Below, in pieces: positions 1 through 11,734 of a stretch of 64,000 bases of DNA. Below the pieces are notes generated by a model that saw only the letters and a list, made by a program, of their open reading frames with translations, had not been told where the DNA came from and ran no database searches. Position 1 is the first letter of the stretch; each line of letters begins with the position of its first letter. A program made the position numbers and the translations under genes. The DNA is taken from contig NC_043004.1 of assembly GCF_006345805.1 (NCBI RefSeq), positions 14,198,001 to 14,262,000 of the forward strand. Reading direction: 5' to 3'. The DNA comes from Octopus sinensis. Lineage: Eukaryota.

Positions 1-1689
1 ATGAATATTTTCTTACAAAATTATTTCAGAAATTAATAAATAAATAAGATCGGTTGTTTAGTTTTTGAAAATATCTTAAATCTACGAACATTAAGAAACA
101 CAATTTCAAGCATTAGAAAATATTGTTTTTATGCATGAAATAATATATGTCCAAAGAAATAGATATAGACTCATTTTTTTTTCTTTCCATGTTCGTTGTT
201 TTCCATAAATATCCAATTACTATAATCTGTAAATAAATAGCTTGATATGGCTCGTTGGGGCAACTTTTCAGATCAAAAATATCACGGCGCGGTGTTTAAT
301 GTGACAGGAAGTACAAGAACATTACAATCATAACACTCATACATTTCGCTGTAATTTATGATATATCTGTTAATTAAGACTTTACAAGCAGCCTATTACT
401 GTATATATTGGACAGAAAAATTGGTTTTGGATTTCAAACAATTTATTAGAGAGACATCAGTTTGCTTTCGTTTCCAAGCCACTATTTTCATTGAACGACA
501 GCTTAACTTAATGTCTAATAGTCAATTATGGTTTCTCAGATGGGAATTATTCGTGACAGATGTATAATTTACACTCAAGAAGTCATGGAGAGGAGAGAAA
601 TCATTTGCTGTGCAACTATAATGACAAAACAGTTTGATGAGTAGCATTTTTCTTGTTAGGACACAGAAATTTGTTGTAATGTTAGTTTTAGAAACATGTA
701 ATATTGGGTATTAGACCAAATCTGCACCATTCCGAATAACATATTTACATCTTGATAATGTGAACTACAGAATAATTTGCTAGTTATTTTATAACTGTGA
801 TTCGGTAATTTAACTGTCAATATCAACATAAAGTGAAACGTCTCAATGATGGTGCTGAGATTCGTGTTCTTAACACACAGATCAATCATAACTAAACACT
901 AGTGATGAATTCATTTCATGGTGATGTATTAGAAATATATTCTGAAGAAGAGAACTACTTAGTATAATCTGTGTTGATTATACTAAAATTATAGTAAAAT
1001 TGCTTGCATTAATTTCACGATGCTTTCCTGAAAAAAAAGAAGCCTTTGCAAATAAAGTGAAACTTGTCATTACTCTCTTAGAAATTTTCCTAATTACAAG
1101 AGATCATCTTCAGAGTAAAAAGAAAAATTATAATTACCTGACACTTTTCCTGATTCACTTCCATCCAACTTGTCTCCTACTTTCAGTTTGTTCAAATCAC
1201 TTCTTATCACGTTAAAACTACAATCGCAGTTAACGATTTCTTAAATCTTTATCAATGTTAGTTCAACGATTAAAAAATTTAGCCTGTCGACAAATATTTT
1301 AAACCTTTCCAGATTGAATTATTTCGGTAGGATAAGCATAAATACAGATTTAGAGCAAAAACTGTTATCTCAAATTGAGGTTATCATTCGGTCGTTAATG
1401 TTGATTGCTTGAAGATATTTTGTCAACATTATTTATCGTAAACAAAATGTGAGCTTTATAAGTATAAACATAGGAGTGTTTTGTATTGTATTATTTATAA
1501 TTATCGTTTTTGAATATGATGAATGCCATTTTAAACAGCTAACAGCTTTTTTTCAGTTACTTTAATATGAAATTGTATAGCACCAATTCAGTTCTCTTCT
1601 GCCTCTACCAATCCAGGTAGTGCACATTCTTTGGCTGTTCCAGAGAATGTCCACTCTATGGTCCACCAACACAATCAGCTTATACACAA

Positions 1690-2125
1690 ATATACAGATC
1701 TATAATAGCATCGGACTACCAATTGTTTTCTCTGCTTGTGATAAATACTAACACCGTTAAAGAATACAAAATGCTTGATGTTTTCCAAATATGCTTCAGA
1801 AGGATTCTGAGAACGTATTGACAAAACCACGTAAACAATGAAGGTGTTCTATAGAGAGCCAACACAAATCCACTTAGTAAAATCATCGCGGAAGAACGTT
1901 TGGATGCTCTGATTACAAGAACGAATCTATTTTAACTCAGCTTTGAAATGAACAACACAAAAAGGAAAATGAAAGTGAGACTGAGAACTACATAGCACAA
2001 CATATTCTTAACCGATATGAAGTAGGTTAACATTGCATGAGCAGTTGTAGAGAAAATCGCAGTCAGCAGAAGCCAGTGGCATCAACTTGTTGCCCCATCT
2101 GCTCCAGAGGACATGAAGAACTGAT
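1690..2125 (+). mobile_element. Decayed 3' fragment of an RTE-like LINE
   Basis: Broken translation IQIYNSIGLPIVFSAC..LDVFQ.CFRRILRTY*QNHVNNEGVL*RA..SRSQWHQLV resembles the post-RT region of RTE ORFs (IYxAxVLPxLLYACETW..LxxFHxxCLRRILxIxWxDxVxNxEVL). Several stops and frameshifts. Confidence 0.6.
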
Positions 2126-3336
2126 TGTGAAATTTCAGTTTTCTGAGGCAAAATAGGTTAAAATTAATTTACTTTGAATATTAATTTACGCTTTTGCATA
2201 ATACAACTGATTCATTGGGAAATCTAACTTTGCCAGTAAGCATGGCTCTCAGAAATATCTGTTAATTAATACTTCCTTTTACTCTTATTAATCCGAAGCA
2301 GAATATTTCTGCTGTTTATCTGTAAACGTTGCTTTAGTTCAGAATAACTATTTCAGTTGGGATCTACTACTAACACTTTCATAACAGCAAATATGCCCAA
2401 TCGAAGATAACTATTAAAATATATGTAGATATTGATATGTATAAACATTTTATTCATAAGTTATTGGAATCTTATGTGTATACCATTCTGTCTAAATAAC
2501 GGATCTACAAATATGATATCCCTGCATATCTCACATCTATTTTCATTTGTCTACCTCAATCTCTCCTTCGTATCTTATCTAAATTAACTATTGCTAAACC
2601 ATCTTCTCACACCGTCTCCGATGAAGAGATATAGTAAATATCCTAGAAACAGATGTAAGACCTTCTATTTATAAATGTTCTAAAACCTACACAGCCTTAG
2701 TTTTTTATCTCCTTACAGAAAAAAAAATATATTAAAATATTTCTTTAGAAATGCAGTCTATGCTTTCCTCTTTAAAGAATGTATGTATTTGCTTGATAGA
2801 GGAATGTTTTCTAATTCCTGCAGACAAGCGAGCTAACTGAAATAATTCCATTTTATTATGTATTACACACGTTGTGACTGGCTCACCAGTTTGTCCACAC
2901 CCAATCAAATCAAAATACTTAAAACAAAGAACACAAATTAGCGTATTAATTGTAACATAAAATTGAAACGGACTATCCATTGGTTCACACGCATATTAAA
3001 ATACTTTAAATGTAAGTTCACTTGCGAAGTGAGTAAGCATAGTTAATTGGCGCCGCAGGTGGAGTCATTTGTATCCAAGTACCCATGTGGTGTATGTATA
3101 ACGACGCATAATTTTGCGAACACATATATAACAGAACAAAACACTGTAGCCACATAGAAAGAACACATTCTTTCTCATATATATTTTTAACTAAAACAAA
3201 ACAAGATTACATGTGAATGCATAGGTTACAACAACCACATTGTTAAACAATTACGATAAGTTGAAAAATTCTTTTTGAAGACAACTCCAAACGAGAAAAT
3301 AGGAAGCAGTCTAAATCTAAAGTACCAAGACATTTT

Positions 3337-3568
3337 GCAGGTGTGGCTGTACCATTAGAAATCTATTTCTGAATCACATGGTTCAGGGTACGATTCCGCT
3401 CTGTAGCACTTGAACAATTGTTTCTATCAGAGACCCGAGCCAACTAAAACCATATTAGTAAATTTAGTAGACGAAAATTGTTAGAAGCCCATCATATGTG
3501 TGCGTGTGTGTGGGTGTCTGTGTGTATATATATATACACACACACATATAAATGTATATATATATATA

Positions 3569-3614
<46 letters not shown>

Positions 3615-3866
3615 ATATATATAATATATATATATATATGTATGTATGTATGGGGAGAGGCAGATGCGTTTGAGTTTGTCACCCACCCTCACTTGCTAAC
3701 CAGTGTTGATTTGTTAATGTCCCCGTAATTTAAAGGTTCGGCAAAAGTGAGTGATAGGATAAGTAGCAGGCTTTAAAAATAAGTCCTGGGATCAATTCAT
3801 TCGCCCAAAGACTTGAAAGTCTTGCCCAAGCCAGGCAACCTGTTCAATGACTAAAACGAGTAGTAA
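3337..3866 (+). mobile_element. tRNA-derived SINE (octopus-type), diverged, with internal (TG)n/(TA)n microsatellite
   Basis: Head gcaggtgtggctgt..cacatggttcagggt, core aaattgttagaagcccatc, tail aataagtcctgggatcaattc..aatgactaaaacgagta. Same layout as the better copy at 5430. Confidence 0.8.
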
Positions 3867-4394
3867 CTAAATCTCTAGAAATAATGCTTTCGAAAATAAA
3901 GTTACGAGCACTACTCCACGCAGAGAGCAGAAGACTGTTTCGGAATCTCAAACAGTGGGGAAAGCAAATAAAGAGATAGCCACACCACAAATTGAAACCA
4001 GTTCAATGGGTACGCACGAACACACACATACACACAATTGCTCGCGCACAATTATCAATTTCCATTTTTGGCTGTTCTTTACACCTGTTTCAGTTTTGCT
4101 TCAAGTACCTGATAAATATAGGAGTTTCAAAACGCTGACCACATCTTTGTCAAGTAATTTGATGTAAGCTTATCAAAAATTATCTATAGTTGTATATTCA
4201 AAATGCATTGTGTATTTGGCGATATCATTTTCATGTACAGTCAATGTTTTGAGAGCGAAAACTTTAGTACATGTTGTCCATTGAAATTCATACTGGCGTA
4301 CCATAACGATTTATATATCGTGACGCATACAATTGAAATTTTGAGATTTGTCGTTTGCCCTACCAGGACTTATCTGGTGTAGGTTGCTGCATCT

Positions 4395-4545
4395 TTATTT
4401 TATCATTTATTTGTTTCAATCATTAAACAGCGGCCATGTTGATGCGCCACTTTGAACGGTTTTGTTGAACAAATCGACACCATTAGTATTACTAACCCTG
4501 GTAAGACACTATAGAGACCTTTTTGTCGAACTGCAAAGTTATAAA
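4395..4545 (-). mobile_element. SINE 3' fragment
   Basis: tgtttcaatcattaaacagcggccatgttgatgcgcc..gaacaaatcgacacc matches the SINE tail region at 33580-33660 in the same orientation. Confidence 0.6.
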
Positions 4546-5429
4546 TGTTATTTTTTTTATTTTATGGAATATTATCTCATTTCATCTAATAGCACATCTC
4601 TTGCAGGGTTTTAATATTTATGCAGGCATTTTAATTTCTACTTAATTCTGTAAAACAGTTGTCTTAATTTGAGACAGTTTTGCGCCGTTCGTTTTTTCGG
4701 GTGTCACACTGCTAGTTCCCAAAATTTCCTATTATCTTGAGGTCACGAAGTTTATAGCTTATCCTGCCCATTCAAAAACATTTTTGAAAGATTTCCGAAA
4801 TTTCGAGCACACCTACATTTCATTGTCTTAATATCTGCCTTAGCGTCATTCATAATGATGCAACGTCAGCGTGCCTCAAAACATGATTGAGCAGTAATCA
4901 TAAGAGGAACCACTTCCTAAGACATTTTCCTCAAGAACATAATCAATTTCTTTGTTATTCAGTCAATATTTTTACTGATGTGTCTACAGCATAGAATGAG
5001 TTATTTTAGATTTGTTATTCTTACCACTTTCCAGAATTCTTGGGAAGAAACGAAGTGATTTGATGAGAGGCGTTTTGCTATGCTTAAGGGAAATGTTTGG
5101 AAGCCATCAGGGAAAGCTTCTGCGCTTAAACTAATTTGCTCTATTGCAGTTATTGCATTAGTTACTTTTCAGTCAATATAATTGATGTTTGTAACATCTT
5201 CATGTAATTTTCAATGATGAAAATCTCCATCGATTCTGCAATTTATTTGTGTAACAGCAGAATTGTGAAATTATTATTAACTTGTTTACTGCATAGTTAA
5301 TGTAACTTGTGAGGATCTACAGTGAGTAACCGACTTCTTTCACAATAACAGCGGCTTTAGAGACACTGTGTGTTATTGAAAAGTATAAAAATTTGGGGTT
5401 CGTTTTATTAAAAAATTTTACAGATTGTA

Positions 5430-5600
5430 GGCGCAGGAGTGGCTGTGTGGTAGGTAGCTTACTTACAAACCACATGGTCGCTGGTTCAGTCCCACTGTGT
5501 GGTACCTATGGCAAGTGTCTTCTGCTATACCCTCGGGCTGAACAAAGCCTTGTGAATGGATTTGGTAGGCGGAAACTGAAAGAAGCCCGTCGTATATATG

Positions 5601-5632
<32 letters not shown>

Positions 5633-5826
5633 AGTGAGTGTGTGTGTATTTTTGTTTGTGTGTCTATGTTTTTCCACTCACCATCGCTTGAGAACCGATG
5701 GTGATGTGTTTACGTCCCCGTAACTTAGCGGTTCGACAAAAGAGACCGATAGAATAAGTAGTAGGCATCCCAAAAATAAGTCCTGGGGTCGATTTGCTGA
5801 AGCAAGTAAAAGAGTAAAAGAGTAGA
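5430..5826 (+). mobile_element. tRNA-derived SINE (octopus-type), near full length
   Basis: ggcgcaggagtggctgtgtggtagg (A-box-like), ggttcagtccc (B-box-like), ggatttggtaggcggaaactgaaagaagcccgtcgtata, internal (TA)/(TG)n, tail gtccccgtaacttagcggttcg..aataagtcctggggtcgattt..gtaaaagagtaaaagagta. Confidence 0.9.
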
Positions 5827-6159
5827 TTAATAACAGAAAACAAGGAAATATTAATAACATATACGTCTAATATTTTGTAGAATTTGGGGGTTTTCCAGTG
5901 TAGTGGATGAAAACAAGAATATAATAACAGAATATTTAGATATTATATTATACTGCAAAAGCAGAAATTTGGAGTCGGAATTTGTTTTTCTATATGACTG
6001 GAACAATTAAAATAATAAGTGCATATGTAAATGTGATATATCAGTATACGTTTCATTATTACACTTATTTTCTGAAATCAATAATTATTGGAAAACTAAG
6101 TTTAGTTTTAGATTTAGTCTCGAGGTAAATTTATACATCATTTCGCAACAGTATACTCA

Positions 6160-6646
6160 CTTGTGTGTGTGTCGTACCCCACATCCCACTCTTGCTTCCA
6201 CCACTCTCGCCTCCGCCGCACTCCGATATCACCACACCACACATCACCATACCACACCATACCATACAACATCGCCCATCATCCACACAACTGAACATGC
6301 ACACATGTAAACGTCAAGGTCACTAGCCTCCATCGACACACACATACACGCTCTGAAATACACACGCACGTGCACTTTCGTTTTGGAATCACCACTACTT
6401 TATTATCTCCCCTTCTTCGTAGCTCTCCTGTGTGACCTCTCTGTCCGGCATTCGGCATGATAGATCGCTAGCCACCGAACCTTTATTATTTTCTCACCCT
6501 GTCTATTTCTGTGTTCCTTTATGACGAAGAGCGTAGGCTCGAAACGTAAAAGACTTTCTCACTTCCCGAGTGTTAAACTAATACATCTCCTTGTTGTTTA
6601 CACACCCGCCTTCGTCTTTTGTGCTTTTGTTATTTTTTGTAAATTC

Positions 6647-6650
<4 letters not shown>
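6160..6650 (+). mobile_element. Penelope-like element terminal-repeat remnant with minimal hammerhead-like motif
   Basis: catgatagatcg..gttccttt atgacgaagagcgtaggctcgaaacgtaaaagac..cccgagtgttaaactaatacatc is shared with 42150-42345 and ends in (TA)n. The tgaNgaa..gaaacgt motif is typical of PLE termini. Confidence 0.6.
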
Positions 6651-6686
<36 letters not shown>

Positions 6687-7054
6687 CGGACACAACAAGG
6701 ACTACAATCTTATTAATTTCAATGTCATGATTAGCGAAGGTGAATCCGGTCGGCAAACATAATACCCTTTCACTTATAAAATATATTAGAATATATTAAA
6801 ACTATTTAAACTGTGTGCATTTCCCTTCTTTTATTATATATATATATATATATTTGCATTACAACTCACCACATGGGAATAATCGAAATTATTCTCCTCC
6901 TTTTTTCTTACTATATATACTGCCGAAGGACTGATACACAATACGTTAATGATCCTCTGGTGAAAGTGTCAGAACAAGCAGCCCAGTTAGGTTGCTATTT
7001 AAAAAAAAATTTTGTTTAAATTTAGTGAGGGGTATAAAACTTCATGCTTATTTA

Positions 7055-7412
7055 GAAGAACCTGTGTGTTAAGGAGTGTGCTTCCCAAGCATATGGTTTC
7101 GAGTCGAGTCGCACTGAGTGACACCGTGGGCAAGTGTCTTCTTTTAAAACCCCGGGACGACTAAAGCCTTTTGAGCGAATTTGGTTGGGGAAAACTGAAA
7201 GAAGTCCGTCGTGTATTAATGCGCGTGTGCCGTGTGTGTACGTGTGCGTGGGTGTGTCTGTGTCTTTGTGTTTGTGTTTTCCCCAACCATCGCTTGACAA
7301 CAGGCGTAGTTGTTTTTTTTGCGTCCGTGTAACTTAGCGGTTTGGCAAAAGTGACGTGAAGAGTAAGAATCAAGCTTTAAAACGAAAAATAAGTAGTGGG
7401 CTCGATTGAAAC
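7055..7412 (+). mobile_element. tRNA-derived SINE (octopus-type), diverged
   Basis: gggcaagtgtcttc..aaactgaaagaagtccgtcgt..ccccaaccatcgcttgacaac..gtaacttagcggtttggcaaaag, aligns by eye with the 5430 copy. Confidence 0.85.
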
Positions 7413-7420
7413 CGGTGTCT

Positions 7421-7946
7421 CGGCTGCGAATTTTTTTCCCACGAGAGTTCCGGACCACAGTTATAAGCTCATTTGCATACAGCCAATCAGAGCTCAACTA
7501 TCAAAATAATTTATGATGGGTGATAAGATAAGGTCACTTGGGTATGGAATGACCATGCTTCTTTTCACTTTTAATAATGCTTACTGTTCTTGTTCTGGAT
7601 TCAAACATGGATGCCTCTGTTGTAATTTACTTTGGAAAACAGTAAGGATAGAAGTTTGCCAGCACATCACTCTCTACCCACAGTTTTCTCACCCACATCT
7701 TTACCATATGGAGCCCTGACAAAATCCGATAATAGATACAGATGCAAATCTATATAATTATTTTCTCCTGCTAAAATCGGGCATAACTTGGTGATCGCTC
7801 GACGTACAATACCGTTCTTCATCTTGAGTTTACGTGGTAGAGTGTGTTTGTTAATATGACCAGTTCAGGTTGAGCTCTGATTGGCTGTATGCAAATAAGT
7901 TCGTTACTGACGTCCGGAAATCTCGTGGGATAACATTTCGCGTCCC
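7421..7946. mobile_element. MITE-like element with ~78 bp imperfect terminal inverted repeats
   Basis: 7421-7498 and 7869-7946 are reverse complements (perfect inner block atttgcatacagccaatcagagctcaac). No ORF inside and no clear TSD. Confidence 0.7.
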
Positions 7947-8340
7947 GGCTGATCATAGTTAAATGACTGAAGCAAGTTAAAGTGAAGAAAACTTTAGCTT
8001 CATATTCAGAGATTTAAAAATCACTGACAGAGTACAATCTCCTATGAATGACGTAGAAAATCCAAGCTGGTAGTACATAGAATGTTATGCAAATCAGACT
8101 TGCACACGAGTCCTAATTTCTATGGTCTGCAAATTGATATAAGTGGTTAAAATCTATAGAGAAAGACTGTATATTATTTCTCCAATGAAGGCCAGAAAAA
8201 TAATTAGATATATTCAATTTTTCTGCTGACTGAAAGATAAATAGTCTGTTGTAGCCATTTTGTTTGCTCTTCATAACGATGTTCAAATTATATGTTTATT
8301 AAATTTTAAAAAGAGTATGTCTTGCATTTGCATAAGCACA

Positions 8341-8410
<70 letters not shown>

Positions 8411-8633
8411 AAGAGAGAGGGAGAGAGAGGGAGAGAGATAAATACATAGATAATTTGATAGATGCATAAACAGATATAGATCTATACACACACACACACA
8501 CATAGATATATATATACACATATATATATAAATGTATGCATATATATGTGTATGTAGATATATATATATATACATTAATATATATGCATTTTAGTGTATT
8601 GTGTGTGTGTGTTTGTGTGTGTGTATATATGTA

Positions 8634-9431
8634 TACGCAGTCTGATCAATAAGTATCCGGACTGTTGCCGCAGTAACGACGCTAAAGCATGCAGATTAAA
8701 GCCGTTTGGCACAGTTTGACCTTGAACGCTGGTGTGCATGCGCATTAGGTTTTAATGTTTTAGCTTCCTTCTGCTGTTTACAGCAGTGCTTGGAAAGAGC
8801 GTGTGTAGCGTGTGATTGTCGCATTGATCATGCCATTGAAAGTTGTCATATCAATGCTTGATCTGTGGCCTACGTAAAGTTGCAGAAATTGTATGGAGAG
8901 GATTGTATGAGCCGCATTCAAGCGTACGAGTGCTTCAGACGTTTCCAAGATAGTCGAAAAAAAATGTCGAGATATCAGAGGATGTGAAAATTAGTTACGG
9001 TTCAGTTCAGTCCATTATCACTGAAGATTTGGGTAAGAGACACATTCTGCCAAGTTTGTGTCAAAACTGCTTTCATCTGACCGAAATATCATTTGGATTT
9101 CAATTGCACAAGACCTCGTTCATCGTGTCGAGAACGATGAAACCTTTTTAAAATTTTTATGTAGGTCTCTGAGACGGTGTCGCCAAGCTTTTGGCATAAA
9201 TTGATGCAGATTCTCCACTCAACTTTTGCTGTCATGGTCAATGCGACAATCACAGGCTGCACACCTTCCTTTCAGGCACTGCTGTGGACAGGAGACGTGT
9301 GCTAGAACGTTAAAACGTAATGCAGATACACAGTAGATCCGGAGGTCAATCTGTGCTAAGCGACTTCACTCTGCGAACTTCCGCTCCATTTCTATATCAG
9401 CAGTCCGTATACTTACTGATCAGACCACCTA
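8634..9431 (+). mobile_element. Internally deleted mariner-family DNA transposon (fold-back form)
   Basis: TA-flanked TIRs cgcagtctgatcaataagtatccggactg / cagtccgtatacttactgatcagaccacc. Transposase remnants YVKLQKLYGEDCMSRIQAYECFRRFQD and ISYGSVQSIITEDLG on +, and MTAKVEWRICINLCQKLGDTVSETY on - (9161-9235). Confidence 0.85.
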
Positions 9432-9440
9432 TATATATAT

Positions 9441-9943
9441 ATAGAATGGTTGTATACTGTCAATCTAACACGAACGTGACAGTAGGGGGGTACACCACCG
9501 CTGTATAGCCCTAGGAAGCATCGAACGTCTCCTGATGGCTTTGACACATTTTCCCTGTGTCCTTATATACATTTACGAAGGGGAGACAAACACCCCCGGC
9601 CGCCGAAGCTGCATCTAGGGACACGTGTTTCAGGATCATTGTCCTTCATCGGCCTAGAGTAGCAGACACCGGTCAGCTGGTGATATTTGTCTCGACTTCG
9701 TAATTGTATATATCTATAATTCAGTGAAGTCTATTCACTGATTATCAAAATAAGAAATACTGAATTTCTAAATCTCTCGTAAAAAAAAATGTGTCAAAGC
9801 CATCAGGAGGCGTTCGATGGTTCCTAGGGCTATACAGCGGTGGTGTACTGTCACGTTCGTGGTAGATTGACAGTATACAACCATTCTATCGCCCCACCAC
9901 CGTACATGTCTCTACGAGAGATTTAGAAATTCAGTATTTCTTA
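9441..9943 (-). mobile_element. (TA)n-embedded hammerhead-containing short element with an inverted partial copy
   Basis: Interleaved inverted repeats A(9441-9552)/A'(9787-9889) and B(9751-9781)/B'(9913-9943). Hammerhead motif at 9614-9658. Segment A recurs at 42544-42658. Confidence 0.7.
9614..9658 (-). ncRNA. Minimal type I hammerhead ribozyme motif (U4C variant)
   Basis: Minus strand reads tctagg-ccgatga-agga-caatga-tcct-gaaa-cacgtg-tc-cctaga: 6 bp helix I, core CCGAUGA (canonical CUGAUGA), 4 bp helix II, GAAA, palindromic helix III, GUC cleavage triplet. Confidence 0.75.
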
Positions 9944-10459
9944 TATATATGTGTATGTGTGTGTGTGTGTATCTGTATGTTTGTGTGTGAATAGATACAT
10001 ATAGATGCATACACCCACACATATTCTTGTGTTTGATAAAGAGGTTGTATGTACATACGCAGGCACATTCACATACAAAATTTAACGCACACTATTTAAA
10101 TTACAAATATCAAAGTCACTGATTGAGAGGACTTGGAGAATTGTGGAACGTGATTAAAGTGTACAAATGTTATTTTCACTTCATATTTTCAGAAATGACG
10201 CAGTGTAAGAGATTGGAATATTGGTAGTTTTATTCCATGCCATTTGATCGATACCGCTGAGAAACTACATGGACTAAGGGTTATCGATATTAAATACTTG
10301 AAGTAGTATCGACTAAAATCTTAAGAAATGTTCCCTGGAGGTGTTTAAATATAGGTTTCTGTGAAAAATTTTCTCTTTAATATATGTAGATATTTTGTGT
10401 GCGAATGTAATTGTATGTAGGAGAAGGGAACGTACGTTTGTATGTAAGCGTGTACAATA

Positions 10460-10507
10460 TCTATCTATTTATTTATCTATCTATCCATCCATCTATCTAT
10501 CTATCTG

Positions 10508-10585
<78 letters not shown>

Positions 10586-10600
10586 AATCTATCTATCTAA
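10460..10600. repeat. (TATC)n microsatellite
   Basis: Long tetranucleotide run. It explains the YLSI/IYLS ORFs. Confidence 0.98.
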
Positions 10601-11734
10601 TTTCTATAGACAGGTAGAAAGATAAATGGGTACACATATATATCTTGGTGGTATGATTGTCTGTTCGCCTTAATGTATCTATGTATGCGCATATCTAATT
10701 GTAGGTACATGCTTATATCTCTCTTTCTTTCCCTACTTCGCTAAAATAAAAATATATCACATACTTAACAAATTCTACTATAATATCGCAAGTATTCCAG
10801 AACACACATCTGGAATGTTCAATATCCCTCTATATATACGCCAGCACAACTAAACAACCATGGTGACAAAAAAATCGAACCACAGAGACCAGAGTCTGCC
10901 TTAAATCATGCTTTTATTTTTTTTTTTTTTTCAGACACGAAACTACTTGGCTTTGAAAAGGTTATCGCCTGCCACGAAATGGAGTTTGGGCGTTTATGAA
11001 AGGAGACAATGTAATCGATAGACAAAACGTTACACACAAACAAGTTATTAACCGCACATGCATAACTATCGCCAATTCATTTTTATCGTTTCACATGGAC
11101 TTCAGATCTTTTGAATATTACACAACTAATAGTAAATGAATTTCAATATCTGGCCCTGTATGTGCTTCACACTGTAGATGCACACGTACTGCAGCAGCAG
11201 CAAGTGCTTCTGCTACTTCCATTGCTGCAACTATTAGCAGTGGTAGTAGTTGTAGTAGTAACAATAATAAAAATAGCTATATATTTTATTTACTAATCAC
11301 TAGCAGAAAAAAAATATCGAGGACAGTACACAGTGATACAATGCAATACGCTGTTTACACAAAAAAGAAATAAACAAAAAATTTAAGCAAGAAAAATTTT
11401 CTTAAAAGGTGAGGACCACTTCCGTGGGTTGCTCTCAAAAGCTACATAAAACCACTATTACCTTGATCTCTAAGGTGACTGGTCACGCCCTATCCCTCTC
11501 ATTCAACAGAGGCGCATGCTCAGAGTGGGCCGTTTCCTTTGGAGCACCCTTGTCACTGTCATCTACTTGTTTTTAATCTGCATGAAATAGTTTTTAATCT
11601 GCATCACTAACATTTCCACCCCCATTTTCCTTTCCAAGCGAAACTTGAAAAATTGATGAGGTCTTGGTCAAAGAGGATGATATTTATCTTCAGCATTTCT
11701 AACTTGGTCTCCATAATGCGGATAAAAGCTCACT

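Noticed and set aside
240-330. cacggcgcgg and acaggaagt (ETS-like) promoter-like words
   Set aside because: Two short motifs without supporting context or a recognisable exon; expected by chance.
2732-2920. Minus-strand ORF with a plausible acceptor (ttctttgttttaag) giving YFDLIGCGQTGEPVTT..
   Set aside because: No recognisable protein family and no partner exons found. Cannot be supported without RNA data.
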